From assembly GCA_963814585.1 (NCBI GenBank), contig CAWFDF010000008.1, positions 448,001 to 512,000 on the forward strand: DNA of 64,000 nt. Direction: 5' to 3'. A program made the position numbers and the translations under genes. The notes under the pieces are model-generated. The model was given only the letters and a program-made list of their open reading frames with translations, ran no database searches and was not told where the DNA came from. The stretch is from an uncultured delta proteobacterium. Its GTDB lineage: Bacteria; Myxococcota; Myxococcia; Myxococcales; Anaeromyxobacteraceae. Shown piece after piece: positions 10,803 through 19,969 of the stretch. Each line of letters opens with the position of its first letter. Positions within the stretch are counted from its first letter, which is position 1.

Positions 10803-11465
10803 CTAGGCGCCCGCCGACTCGAGCGGGTTGGTCTCACCGGCGCCCCGGCGGCTCAGCAGGTTCTCGAGCTTGAGCGCGCTGTACTCGATCTCCTCGACCA
10901 TGGCCTTGGCCTTGGAGCTCAGCAGCAGGTGGGCCACGATGCAGACCACCGCGATGGTCAGCCCGAAGGCGGTGTTGTTCATGGCCTCGGAGATGCCCCT
11001 CGAGAGCATCACCTGCTTCATCTCCGGGCTGGCGGCGCCCAGCGACTTGAAGGTGCCGATCAGGCCGGTGATGGTGCCGATCAGGCCGACCAGGGTGGCC
11101 ACGTTGGCGAGCGACCAGAGCGGCTGGATGCGCTTGCTGACCTGCGGGGTCACCTCGAGCACCGCCTCCTCGAGCGCCCGGGCCACCTCCTGCTCTCCGC
11201 GGTTGGCGCGGGAGAGGCCCGCCTTGACCACCCTGGCCAGCGCGGCGTTGGGAGCGGCGGCGCAGAGCTTCACGGCGCGGTCGACGTTGCCGGCGAGGAC
11301 CAGCTTCTGGACCTGCTCCATGAAGGGGGGCGCGTTCAGGTTGAGCCGGAACGCCAGCACCACGACCCGCTCGACGACGATGGCGACCGCCACGGCGCTG
11401 GTGACGACGTTCACGAACATGAACGGACCGCCCTCCTTGAAGAACTCGGCCAGCGTCTGGATCAT
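10803..11465 (-). CDS. MotA/TolQ/ExbB proton-channel protein (AglR-like)
   Basis: ATLVGLIGTITGLIGTF and GISEAMNNTAFGL motifs. Confidence 0.92.
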   Translation of the reverse strand: MIQTLAEFFKEGGPFMFVNVVTSAVAVAIVVERVVVLAFRLNLNAPPFMEQVQKLVLAGNVDRAVKLCAAAPNAALARVVKAGLSRANRGEQEVARALEEAVLEVTPQVSKRIQPLWSLANVATLVGLIGTITGLIGTFKSLGAASPEMKQVMLSRGISEAMNNTAFGLTIAVVCIVAHLLLSSKAKAMVEEIEYSALKLENLLSRRGAGETNPLESAGA

Positions 11466-11564
11466 CTCTGCCTCATGGGGACGGGAGGGGGGAAGGCGCG
11501 CACCCGATGCAGCCTTGTTGGCGAATAGACAGGGGAATTCCCTATCAGCAGCCCGCTCGGGGTG

Positions 11565-12950
11565 TCAAGCGACCACCCGCCTCAGCACCTGCGCCAGCGG
11601 GCTCCAGGCGGCTGCCACCGCGTCGCGCCACGGGAGCCTCCCGGCCTCCACCTCGTCGAGCTGGGACTCCAGGCCGGCGGTGTACTCGGCGTCGAGCGTC
11701 CGAGGGAAGGTCCGGTCGAGCCACGCCACCACCCGATGGCCCAGCGGCGTCACCTGCAGCGCTCCGCCCCTGCGGGAGAGATACCCGCGCGCCTCGAGGC
11801 TCTCGCCGACGGCCGCCAGCGTGGACGGGCGCCCGACGCCGCGAGCGGCCAGCATGCCCAGCAGCGCCGCGTCGTCCAGCTGGTCCGGGCGGTGACGCCG
11901 TGCCGCGCGAGGTCCCACTGGCAGGCGGCGCCAGCCGTCCGGCGCCATCCGCGACTCGAGGTACCGATCCCAGATCAACCGGTAGAGCCTCGGCAGATCG
12001 CGACCGCCTGCGGCGCGCAGCGCCCCGAGGGCCCGCTCGGGTGGCCAGCCCAGCGCCGCCGGCCGGAGCGCCTCCTGTCCGGGGGCAGGCCCACCCGCGC
12101 GCTCGGCGGCGGCCACCGCGGACTGGCCGTGGAGCGCCGCCACCAGCGCCCTGGCCGCGCGATCGGCGTCCGGCGCGACCCAGCACGAGCCCGTCCGCGG
12201 ATAGGTGAGCAGCCCGGTCCGGCCCCCGTCGCCCATCTCCACCCCCTCGTAGAGCTGCTGGGCCAGCGCCATGGCCCGGCGTGGCCGGAGGCGGAGCTGC
12301 CCGGCCGCGGCCTGGAGCAGCGTCTCCGTGCTGAAGGGCGGCGGCGGTGCGGCGGTGCCGGCGGGAGGAGGTGGCCCACCCGGCTCGGACGGCCTCCACG
12401 CCGCTGCCAGCCGGAGCGCGGCGGCCTGGACCCGCCCGGCGGTGAGACCGGGCCGGAGCGCGGACGAGAGCCTCGCGCTGAGACGGAAGCCGATGAGCCG
12501 ATCGACCACCCGGCGAGCCTGCTGCGCCTCGGAGCGCGGCCGATCGAGCGCGACGGGATGGGCCAGGGCCTGGGCCGTGGCCTCCGGCGTCAGCTCGCCG
12601 AGCAGGACCCTCACCACGCGGGACGAACCGCCTTCGGCGCCCAGCTCGGCCGCCAGCTGCCAGGCGATGCCCTCCCCTTCCCGGTCCGGATCGGTGGCGA
12701 GCAGCACCCGCTCGGCGCCCCGGGCGGCACGCTTCAGCTCGCTGAGGGTTCGCGCCCGGCCGCGGATCACCTCCCAGGTCGGCTCGTAGCCGTTGGCGAG
12801 GTCGACCCCCTCCCGGCTCCGCGGCAGGTCGAGCAGGTGGCCACCCGTCGCCCGCACGTCCCAGCCTGGACCGAGCCACCGCCGCAGTGTCAAGGCCTTG
12901 GCCGGCGACTCGACCACCAGCAGCCTGGCAGGCGCGCGACGGGCGGTCAC
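11565..12950 (-). CDS. topA: Type IA DNA topoisomerase, shortened and divergent (~461 aa)
   Basis: LLVVESPAKA, GHLLDLP, ATDPDREGEGIAW, AGRVQ, AQQLYEG, TYPRT, GVGRPST. GTG overlaps the dprA stop (GTGA). Two internal deletions; no C-terminal Zn ribbons. Confidence 0.85.
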   Translation of the reverse strand: MTARRAPARLLVVESPAKALTLRRWLGPGWDVRATGGHLLDLPRSREGVDLANGYEPTWEVIRGRARTLSELKRAARGAERVLLATDPDREGEGIAWQLAAELGAEGGSSRVVRVLLGELTPEATAQALAHPVALDRPRSEAQQARRVVDRLIGFRLSARLSSALRPGLTAGRVQAAALRLAAAWRPSEPGGPPPPAGTAAPPPPFSTETLLQAAAGQLRLRPRRAMALAQQLYEGVEMGDGGRTGLLTYPRTGSCWVAPDADRAARALVAALHGQSAVAAAERAGGPAPGQEALRPAALGWPPERALGALRAAGGRDLPRLYRLIWDRYLESRMAPDGWRRLPVGPRAARRHRPDQLDDAALLGMLAARGVGRPSTLAAVGESLEARGYLSRRGGALQVTPLGHRVVAWLDRTFPRTLDAEYTAGLESQLDEVEAGRLPWRDAVAAAWSPLAQVLRRVVA

Positions 12951-13813
12951 TCGCCCCCGCGCCGGACGAAGCGCTGGCCCGGGCGCTGCTCGCAGAGCCC
13001 GTCCAGCTCCAGCGCCAGCAGGCCGGCCAGCGCCTCCCCGGCGGTCCGCCCGGCGATGCGGGCCACCTCGGACAGGTGGCGGGGCGCCGCGGTGAGCGCG
13101 CCGAGCAGCGCCTGGGTCGCTGGCGCCAGCTGGACCATGGGCAGCTCCGGTTGCTGCCCCGGCGCCAGGCCGAGGCAGGCCAGCACGTCGGCGGGCTCGG
13201 CGGCCAACCTGGCGCCCTCCCGGAGCAGCCGAAGCGGTCCTTCCGAGAGCGGGTGGTCGGCGTCGCCGGGGACGGCCAGCAGCGGACGGTGCTGCTCCCG
13301 GGCGAGGCCGGCCGTGATGAGGGCGCCGCTGCGGCGACCGGCGCGGACCACCACCACCGCGTCGCACAGGCCCGACACGATCCGGTTGCGCTCCACGAAC
13401 CGGAAGCCGCAGGCCGGCGTGCCGTCGTCGTACTCGGAGAGGAGCGCGCCGCCCGCATCGAGGATCCGGTCGAACAGGTCGAGGTGGCCGCGTGGCGAAG
13501 GAAGGTCCACGCCACTCGCCAGCACGGAGACGGTGTGTCCTCCGGCCTCGAGGGCCCCCTCGTGCGCCTCGGCGTCGATGCCGCGCGCGCCGCCGGACAC
13601 CACCGACACCCCGGCCCGGACCAGGCCACGGGCCAGCCGCCGGGCCATGTCGCGGCCGTACTCGTCCGGGTCGCGCGAGCCGACCAGGGCGACGCGAGCC
13701 ACCGGCGAGCCCATCCGTCCGCGCAGCCGCAGCGTGGCCGGAGCCCCGGGGATGCGGGTGAGCCGCTCGGGGAAGTCGCCGTCGCCGGGACGGAGGGTGC
13801 GGGCCGTGTCCAT
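12947..13813 (-). CDS. dprA: DNA-processing protein DprA/Smf
   Basis: ALVGSR, VSGGARGIDAEAH, RNRIVSGL, SGALITA, C-terminal winged helix; alternative start 13831. Confidence 0.93.
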   Translation of the reverse strand: MDTARTLRPGDGDFPERLTRIPGAPATLRLRGRMGSPVARVALVGSRDPDEYGRDMARRLARGLVRAGVSVVSGGARGIDAEAHEGALEAGGHTVSVLASGVDLPSPRGHLDLFDRILDAGGALLSEYDDGTPACGFRFVERNRIVSGLCDAVVVVRAGRRSGALITAGLAREQHRPLLAVPGDADHPLSEGPLRLLREGARLAAEPADVLACLGLAPGQQPELPMVQLAPATQALLGALTAAPRHLSEVARIAGRTAGEALAGLLALELDGLCEQRPGQRFVRRGGE

Positions 13814-13936
13814 GCCGGCCCGATTCTCCACGGCGGGTCCGACACCCGGACGCCCGGCCGGAGGGGAAGCCCGGCCACCCCACCTCGTCCCGGAGGTCGC
13901 TCCAGGGGCGCCTCCCGGGGGGCGCCCCGAGGCCGC

Positions 13937-15292
13937 TCAGCCGCCTGGATTCGGCCGGTCGCCGCCGGCGACCCGCATCTCCACCAGATCGCCCATCAGC
14001 AGCTCGCGGACGCTCTTCAGCACCAGCGCCGTGGAGGTGGTCTCCTTCACGTCGACGATCATCAGCTCGCCCAGCGCCTCGGGGGGCAGGCTCGGATCGT
14101 TGGGCGGCGACAGCTGCTCCTTGGTGAGCGGGAGGCCATAGGGGTCGCCGCTGCGCCACACGCTGAAGACGTTGCCCTCCTCCACGCCGTCGGCCTTGCC
14201 CTTGTCGATGAAGACCAGGCTCTGCTCGGCCACCTGGGTCAGCACCTCCTGGCGGGTCCCGACGATGTGGCCCTCGACGTCCCTGGCGGCCGCCCGCCGC
14301 ACGACCGGACGGAACGGCCTCTCGGTCCACGGGCTGAGCAGCATCCCCCGCTCGATCGGGTCGGTCACCGGGCCGATCACCAGCGTGACCGCCCTGGCGT
14401 CCCGGGCCACCACCGTCGCGGCGCCGAGGATGCGGGTCTGGTAGCCGAGCTTCTCGCCGGTCACCGGGTGCGTGATGGCGCGGACGGTCTCGTAGATGAC
14501 GTAGGTCTCACCCACCTTGTTGGGCGGCTCCCCCTTGAAGCGCGCGTAGGCTCGGTCGAGGGTGGAGAGCAGCAGCTTCTCCTCGAAGGCCGCGACGATC
14601 GACCCCGACTCCTCCAGCTGGGCCGGCGTCACGAAGGTGTCGCGCCGGACCATGATGGCTCCGGGGGGGACGTAGCCGATCTTGTGGGGCCCGACCACCG
14701 CCACCTCGTCACGGTCCTCCACCGGCGTCGGCGCCTTCATGTCGGCGCGAGAGAAGTCCTCCAGCTCGCGCGGCGCCTCGACGTCGGTCGGCTCGTCCGC
14801 CACCGGGACGGGGGCGGCGCCGCCCCCGGTCGCCACCGGCTCGACGCGGGTGGGGGCCTCGTCCCGGGACGGGTAGAACCTGAGGACGTTGCCGGGGTCG
14901 ATCCAGTGCGGGTTGGTGATCTCCGGGTTGAACGACCAGACCTTGGGCCAGTACCAGGGGTTGTTGAGGAAGCGGCCCGAGAGGTCCCAGAGCGTGTCAC
15001 CGGGACGCACCGTATAGGTGTCGGGCGGCGGCACCGAGCCCCGCCCCTGGTCGGCGGTGGCGGCGGAGCCCTCGGGAGGGCGGCCGGCGTCCGGCAGCGA
15101 GTCCGGCGAGTCCACGGCCGCCGGCCCGGGGGCCTGATCCGGGGCCAGCGCCGCGTCGGCGGCCTTCTCGATCCTCAGGTTGCCGGCGTCGCTGGTCTGT
15201 CTGGCGCCCTCGGCGGCCTTCAAGGCCTGGACCTGGGCGATGGCGAGCATCGGCAAGAGGGCTGCGACGACGACGCTGATGGTGCGGATCAT
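13937..15292 (-). CDS. LysM peptidoglycan-binding protein (TsaP-like)
   Basis: Signal peptide; YTVRPGDTLWDLSGRFLNNPWYWPKVW...NPHWIDPG; usual position upstream of dprA. Confidence 0.88.
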   Translation of the reverse strand: MIRTISVVVAALLPMLAIAQVQALKAAEGARQTSDAGNLRIEKAADAALAPDQAPGPAAVDSPDSLPDAGRPPEGSAATADQGRGSVPPPDTYTVRPGDTLWDLSGRFLNNPWYWPKVWSFNPEITNPHWIDPGNVLRFYPSRDEAPTRVEPVATGGGAAPVPVADEPTDVEAPRELEDFSRADMKAPTPVEDRDEVAVVGPHKIGYVPPGAIMVRRDTFVTPAQLEESGSIVAAFEEKLLLSTLDRAYARFKGEPPNKVGETYVIYETVRAITHPVTGEKLGYQTRILGAATVVARDARAVTLVIGPVTDPIERGMLLSPWTERPFRPVVRRAAARDVEGHIVGTRQEVLTQVAEQSLVFIDKGKADGVEEGNVFSVWRSGDPYGLPLTKEQLSPPNDPSLPPEALGELMIVDVKETTSTALVLKSVRELLMGDLVEMRVAGGDRPNPGG

Positions 15293-16110
15293 GGACCGCT
15301 CCTTGCTGGGACATCCGGCGGCGCATCGACGCCGGCACGACCTGGGATGGACGCGAGCTGCTCGCGCGCCCGGCGGGCTGCGGGCGAGTTCGGGAAGTCG
15401 TTGGCGAGGCGTGAGAGCAGGCGGCGCTCCACCTCCGGCGCCCCCTTGAGCCCCTCGCAGGCGGCCAGCTGCAGCAGCGCGTCGCTCACCTGATCGCTGG
15501 CGGGGTACTCGTCGACGACGCGCCGGTCCAGCGTGCAGGCCGCGCTCGCCTTCCCGGCTCCGGCGTAGGCGGCGGCGGCCTCGAGGAGGGCGCCGGCGGC
15601 CTGGGGGTGGCGCGGGTAGCGGGAGGCGAAGTCCTCCAGCGCGTGGGCGCGAGCCAGCGGCTCGCGGCGCCGCGCCGCCTTGAGCTCGCCGTCGGCCTCG
15701 CTGGCCAGGTCCCGGCCGCTCCTGCGCGCGATGGCCTCGAGCCTGGTGGCGTCGGGCTCGATCAGGGGCGTGCTGACCGGCACCGGCGGCGCCCGGCTGG
15801 CCCTGGAGGGCTCCACCTTCACCACGGCGAGGCCCTCGGGCACCACTCGAGTGCCGGCCTCGGCGACCACGCTGGCAGCGGGCGCGGGGCGGGTCTGCGC
15901 GCCTCCCGGCCTCGGGGCCCGGGCCGCCATGACCTCGACCTGCGAGGCCAGCTGGGTCACCGTCCGCAGCAGCTGGAGGTTCTCCTGGCGGAGGGCCTGC
16001 ACCTCGGCGCGCAGCGCCTCGAGGTCGCGGCGCGCCACGGGATCGACGCCGGCACAGCCGGACAGGAGGAAGGCCGCGGCGAGGGCGGCCGATGGGCTGA
16101 TCGTCTTCAA
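15289..16110 (-). CDS. CpoB/YbgF-like TPR lipoprotein
   Basis: Lipobox LSGC, coiled coil, TPR-like YPRHPQA, YPASDQVSDALL, FPNSPAA. TTG start uncertain. Confidence 0.7.
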   Translation of the reverse strand: MKTISPSAALAAAFLLSGCAGVDPVARRDLEALRAEVQALRQENLQLLRTVTQLASQVEVMAARAPRPGGAQTRPAPAASVVAEAGTRVVPEGLAVVKVEPSRASRAPPVPVSTPLIEPDATRLEAIARRSGRDLASEADGELKAARRREPLARAHALEDFASRYPRHPQAAGALLEAAAAYAGAGKASAACTLDRRVVDEYPASDQVSDALLQLAACEGLKGAPEVERRLLSRLANDFPNSPAARRAREQLASIPGRAGVDAPPDVPARSGP

Positions 16111-16144
16111 GACCCTGGAAATTCTAGGTGGGATCCGGCTCGGG

Positions 16145-16888
16145 TCAAGGAAGCCGGTGCGCCGATATCGGTCCTGGCGCGATGAATCCGACCATCCGGC
16201 CGGTCCTGCCACCGTCTCGCCGGTGCGAGAAGAAGAGGCGTGCCTCGCACGAGGTGCAGCGGCGCAGCACCGCCACCCTGGTCACCCCGGCCTCGCGGAG
16301 GGCGCGCTCGTTGGCGACCCAGAGGTCGAGGTGCGGCGCGCGGGGCCCGGGCCGGAGCACGCGCGGTCCGAAGGCCGCGGCGAACTGCTCCGCCAGCTCG
16401 TCCGAGACCTCGTAGCAGCACGGGCCTATCGACGGCCCGATGACCGCCAGGGGCGCCTCCCCGGATCCGCCCCCGGCGAGCGAACGCACCCCCTCGGCGG
16501 CGATCCGCGCCAGCGTCCCTCGCCAGCCGGCGTGGAGCGCCGCCACGGCGGTCCCGTCCGGCCGCGCCAGCAGGATCGGGACGCAGTCGGCCACCGCCAC
16601 GCAGGCGGCCACCCCGGTCGTGGCCGAGACCACGCCGTCGGCCTCCTCGAGGGGCGACCTCGGCGCGTCACCCGCCACCACCCTGGCCCCGTGGACCTGC
16701 CGGACGCGGATGAACTCGAGGCCGGTGGTCTCTCGCAGCTGGCGCCAGTTGTCGGACACCGCGGCCGGGTCGTCACCGACCTGGTCGCCGAGGTTGAGCG
16801 AGTTGTAGGGCGGCGCCGACCCCCCTCCGGCCCGCGTCGTGAAGCCGTGGGGGAGGTCCGCGAGGAGCTGGCTGCGGAGGACTTCCAT
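16145..16888 (-). CDS. pgeF: Peptidoglycan editing factor PgeF (YfiH/laccase domain)
   Basis: HGFTTR, QVHG, ADCVPILL, HAGWRG, GPSIGPCCYEV, FFSHRR. Confidence 0.93.
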   Translation of the reverse strand: MEVLRSQLLADLPHGFTTRAGGGSAPPYNSLNLGDQVGDDPAAVSDNWRQLRETTGLEFIRVRQVHGARVVAGDAPRSPLEEADGVVSATTGVAACVAVADCVPILLARPDGTAVAALHAGWRGTLARIAAEGVRSLAGGGSGEAPLAVIGPSIGPCCYEVSDELAEQFAAAFGPRVLRPGPRAPHLDLWVANERALREAGVTRVAVLRRCTSCEARLFFSHRRDGGRTGRMVGFIAPGPISAHRLP

Positions 16889-16971
16889 GATCGTCCAGGC
16901 TCCTTATCGCGAAGCCGGCCCCTTGTCGCCCCTCGGGCCCGGGCGCGGGCCGACCCCTCGCCCGGCCCGGG

Positions 16972-18588
16972 CTACTCGCGGACCGGACCCGGGCCGATCC
17001 GCTCCAGCACGGTCGGCTCGGCGCCCAGGGTCTCGCCCCGCGATCGGACGGCCTCCAGCTCCGCGCCGAGCGCCGACGCCTCGGCGCGCACCGCCGCCAG
17101 GTCACCGTCGATCACCGCCGAGCGCGCCTGCGCCTCGTCCCGCTCGCGGGTGGCCTGGGCCACCAGGCCCCTGAGCTCCTCCAGGTCGGAGCGGGCACGT
17201 GTCAGCTCACCCCGCAGCTCGGTCTCGCGGAGCATCAGCGCCTGTCGAGCCGCCGAGAGGTCGCCCTGCAGTCGCTCCACCTCTCGCCGGGCCCCCCGCA
17301 GCAGCGCGTCGCGCGCCTCGACCTGCTCGGCCAGCTCGGCCGCCCGCTCGCCGGACTCCCGCGCGGACCGCTCCAGCCCCTCCATGGTCCCCTCCAGCCC
17401 CGCCACCCGCTGCCGCAGCCCGCGCGCCTCCTCGGCTCCCTGCTCGAGCCGCTCGAGCAGCCCGGCCGCCTCCTCCTCCGCCCGCGCCAGGCGCTCGTCG
17501 CGGCTGGCCAGCGCTCGCGCCTGCTCGTGCATGCGGCGCTCGGTGCCAGCCACCACCTCGATGAGCTCCTTCTCCTCCATGACCTTCTCGGAGAGGAGCC
17601 CCTCGATCGACGCCCCGTGCTGGCGGTCCTTGTCGCCCAGCTGCCGCCGGGCCTCGGCCAGCAGGCGGCGCGCCTCCTCAGCCTCCATCCGCGCCCGCTG
17701 CGCGTCGACGTCCTTCAGGTGGACGCGCTCGTCCACGCTGGCCACCTCGCGCTCGCGGACCTCCCAGATCTCGGCGAGGCGTGCCAGCTGGGCCTCTCGC
17801 CACCTGAGGTCCTCGCGGAGCAGCGCGAGGCGGCCCTCCGGGGTGGCCAGCAGGTCGCGGCGTGGTGGCGGGCGGCGGCGCTCCGACTCGGCCAGCAGCG
17901 CCTCTCGCCGGTCGGCGACCGACTGGAAGGCCCGGTCCGCGAAGAGCCGATCCGCCTCGGTCAGCTGGTCCCGTCTGGCACGTCGGGGAACCGGGGGCGG
18001 ACTCTCCGGGCTCGGCACCGGAGGCGGGCTCGCCGGGCGCGGGACCGGTGGTGGCGGCGGCGGTTCCGCCGAGGCTCGATCGCTGCCGGTCAACGCGTCG
18101 GGACGGGGCGGCGGGCCGGGCGCCCCCCCTCCCGCCGCGGGGGCACCGGCCTCGCCGGCCGTCGCCACCTCCAGCAGGTCGGGGTCGTCGTCGGCCAGCT
18201 CGATGGGCTCGGCGGTGGCCAGCAGGCGGTGCGCCAGCGCGGTGAGCGCCGCGGTGTCGAAGGGCATGGCGAGGTAGGCGCTGGCCGCCCACGGCGTCCG
18301 GGCATGCTCGGCGAGCGAGGCCGAGGCCGTCTCCGAGCTGTAGAGGATCACCGGCAGCTTCATCATGGCCTGGTCGTGGCGGAGCCGCGCGCACATCGAG
18401 AAGCCGGAGAGGTCCGGCAGCTCGGCCCGCATCACCACCAGGCCGGGACGCCGAGCGGCGATCTCCAGCTCGGCCTCGGCGGCACTCCCGGCCACGCCGC
18501 TGCTCCAGCCCGCGTCGCGGACCGCGGCGGCGAGCGTGAGTGCGAAGGCGGCGTCGGGCTCGACGATGAGGACGCGGGGCGCGGTCAT
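16972..18588 (-). CDS. Pseudo-receiver + Pro-rich linker + coiled-coil protein (AglZ-like)
   Basis: Receiver fold VLIVEPD...VVMRAELPDLSGF with the phospho-Asp position occupied by Arg; long heptad-rich C-terminus. Confidence 0.7.
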   Translation of the reverse strand: MTAPRVLIVEPDAAFALTLAAAVRDAGWSSGVAGSAAEAELEIAARRPGLVVMRAELPDLSGFSMCARLRHDQAMMKLPVILYSSETASASLAEHARTPWAASAYLAMPFDTAALTALAHRLLATAEPIELADDDPDLLEVATAGEAGAPAAGGGAPGPPPRPDALTGSDRASAEPPPPPPVPRPASPPPVPSPESPPPVPRRARRDQLTEADRLFADRAFQSVADRREALLAESERRRPPPRRDLLATPEGRLALLREDLRWREAQLARLAEIWEVREREVASVDERVHLKDVDAQRARMEAEEARRLLAEARRQLGDKDRQHGASIEGLLSEKVMEEKELIEVVAGTERRMHEQARALASRDERLARAEEEAAGLLERLEQGAEEARGLRQRVAGLEGTMEGLERSARESGERAAELAEQVEARDALLRGARREVERLQGDLSAARQALMLRETELRGELTRARSDLEELRGLVAQATRERDEAQARSAVIDGDLAAVRAEASALGAELEAVRSRGETLGAEPTVLERIGPGPVRE

Positions 18589-18601
18589 GGAGGCCGAGAT
18601 C

Positions 18602-19507
18602 CTACCTCAGGATCTCCCCGGCCCGTGACCGCACGCGCTCAGCGTCGTCCTGGTGCTTCACCACCACCTCGAGCGTCTCGACCAGGGCCCGGGGATCGAG
18701 GCGATCGATCCCGAGCGCGATCAGGGCCCGAGCCCAGTCGATGGCCTCGGCCACCGAGGGCGCCTTGCGCAGGTCCATGGTCCGCAGCCTCGCCACCGCC
18801 GCCACCACCTGCCGCGCCAGCGCCTCGGAGGCCTCGCCCACCCGCGACCGGACGATGGCCAGCTCCCGCTCCTGCGAGGGGAAGTCGACGTGCAGGTGGA
18901 GGCACCTCCGGCGCAGGGCATCCGAGAGCTCGCGGGTGGCGTTGGAGGTGAGGACCACTCGCGGCACCAGCGTGGCGCGGAGCGTGCCCAGCTCCGGCAC
19001 CGTCACTGCCCAGTCGGAGAGGGTCTCGAGGAGGAAGGCCTCCAGCGCCTCGTCGGCCTTGTCGATCTCGTCCACCAGGAGCAGCACGGGCCGCTGCGCG
19101 CGGACGGCCTGCAGGATGGGTCGCGGCAGCAGGAACCGCTCGCTGAAGAAGACGTTGCCCTCGGCGGCGATCCGATCCGCCGCCTCGGCCAGCGTGGCGG
19201 CACCTGCCACGGTGTCACCCAACCGATCCCGGAGCAGCTGGGTGTAGAGGAGCTGCTTCGAGTACTCCCACTCGTAGATGGCCCTGGCCTCGTCCAGGCC
19301 CTCGTAGCACTGGAGCCGGATGAGCTCCCGGCCCGCGGCGCCGGCCCAGGCCCGGGCCAGCTCGGTCTTGCCGACCCCGGCCGGCCCCTCCACCAGCAAG
19401 GGCTTCTCCAGCCGGTCGGCCAGGAAGACCGAGGTGGCGATTTCACGGGACGGCAGGTATCCCTGCCGGGAGAGCGCCGCCTCGACCCCCTCGAGCGTTC
19501 CGAACAT
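18602..19507 (-). CDS. MoxR-family AAA+ ATPase (CoxD-like)
   Basis: EGPAGVGKT, RLQCYEGLD, LLVDEIDKAD, TSNATRELSDALRRRC; alternative start 19519. Confidence 0.9.
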   Translation of the reverse strand: MFGTLEGVEAALSRQGYLPSREIATSVFLADRLEKPLLVEGPAGVGKTELARAWAGAAGRELIRLQCYEGLDEARAIYEWEYSKQLLYTQLLRDRLGDTVAGAATLAEAADRIAAEGNVFFSERFLLPRPILQAVRAQRPVLLLVDEIDKADEALEAFLLETLSDWAVTVPELGTLRATLVPRVVLTSNATRELSDALRRRCLHLHVDFPSQERELAIVRSRVGEASEALARQVVAAVARLRTMDLRKAPSVAEAIDWARALIALGIDRLDPRALVETLEVVVKHQDDAERVRSRAGEILR

Positions 19508-19546
19508 GGGTGACACCATAGGGACCCCTCTCGGAAAGCGGGAGAC

Positions 19547-19613
19547 GAAAGCGCACGGGTTCGCGGACCGGGGTCCCCGCCGACCCTCGGGCTGCCCGAC
19601 CCTGTGCGCTTCC
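19547..19613 (-). terminator. Branched stem-loop with short U tract just upstream of the MoxR gene
   Basis: Minus strand AAGCGCAC-AGGGUCG...CGAACCC-GUGCGCUU then UC. Confidence 0.4.
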
Positions 19614-19638
19614 TTCACCTCGCTCCGGACTCGAAGCC

Positions 19639-19695
19639 TAACTCCTGGATTTCGCTGGCGCTGCGCCGGATGGGGCGGATGGCACGCGTCTCGCA
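19639..19695 (+). promoter_or_regulatory. Putative sigma54 promoter with upstream IHF-like site
   Basis: TGGCACGCGTCTCGCA at 19680-19695 (GG-N10-GC); TAACTCCTGGATT at 19639-19651 is 1 mismatch from the IHF consensus YAANNNNTTGATW. Confidence 0.6.
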
Positions 19696-19969
19696 CAGCT
19701 CTCCCTCGAGTCCCGCCGGAGGCCGTTCACGGACCTTGTCATGACGAAGCTCCATCCCATCAGCTCGATTCGCGAGGCCCACCTCCCGTCGTACGTCCAA
19801 GTGGAAGGCAGAACGGAGCGTCCACTCCTCCCACCCGTCCGCGCCTGACGTCGAGGCCGGGCGGGAGTCCGCAGGGGCGCCTCGGTGCGCCGGGTTGGAG
19901 AGGCCGAGCGGGCGACCGACCGGCCTTTCGCTTCTCCGCGGGCCGCGTCCCGCGTAAGCTGGCGGCACC

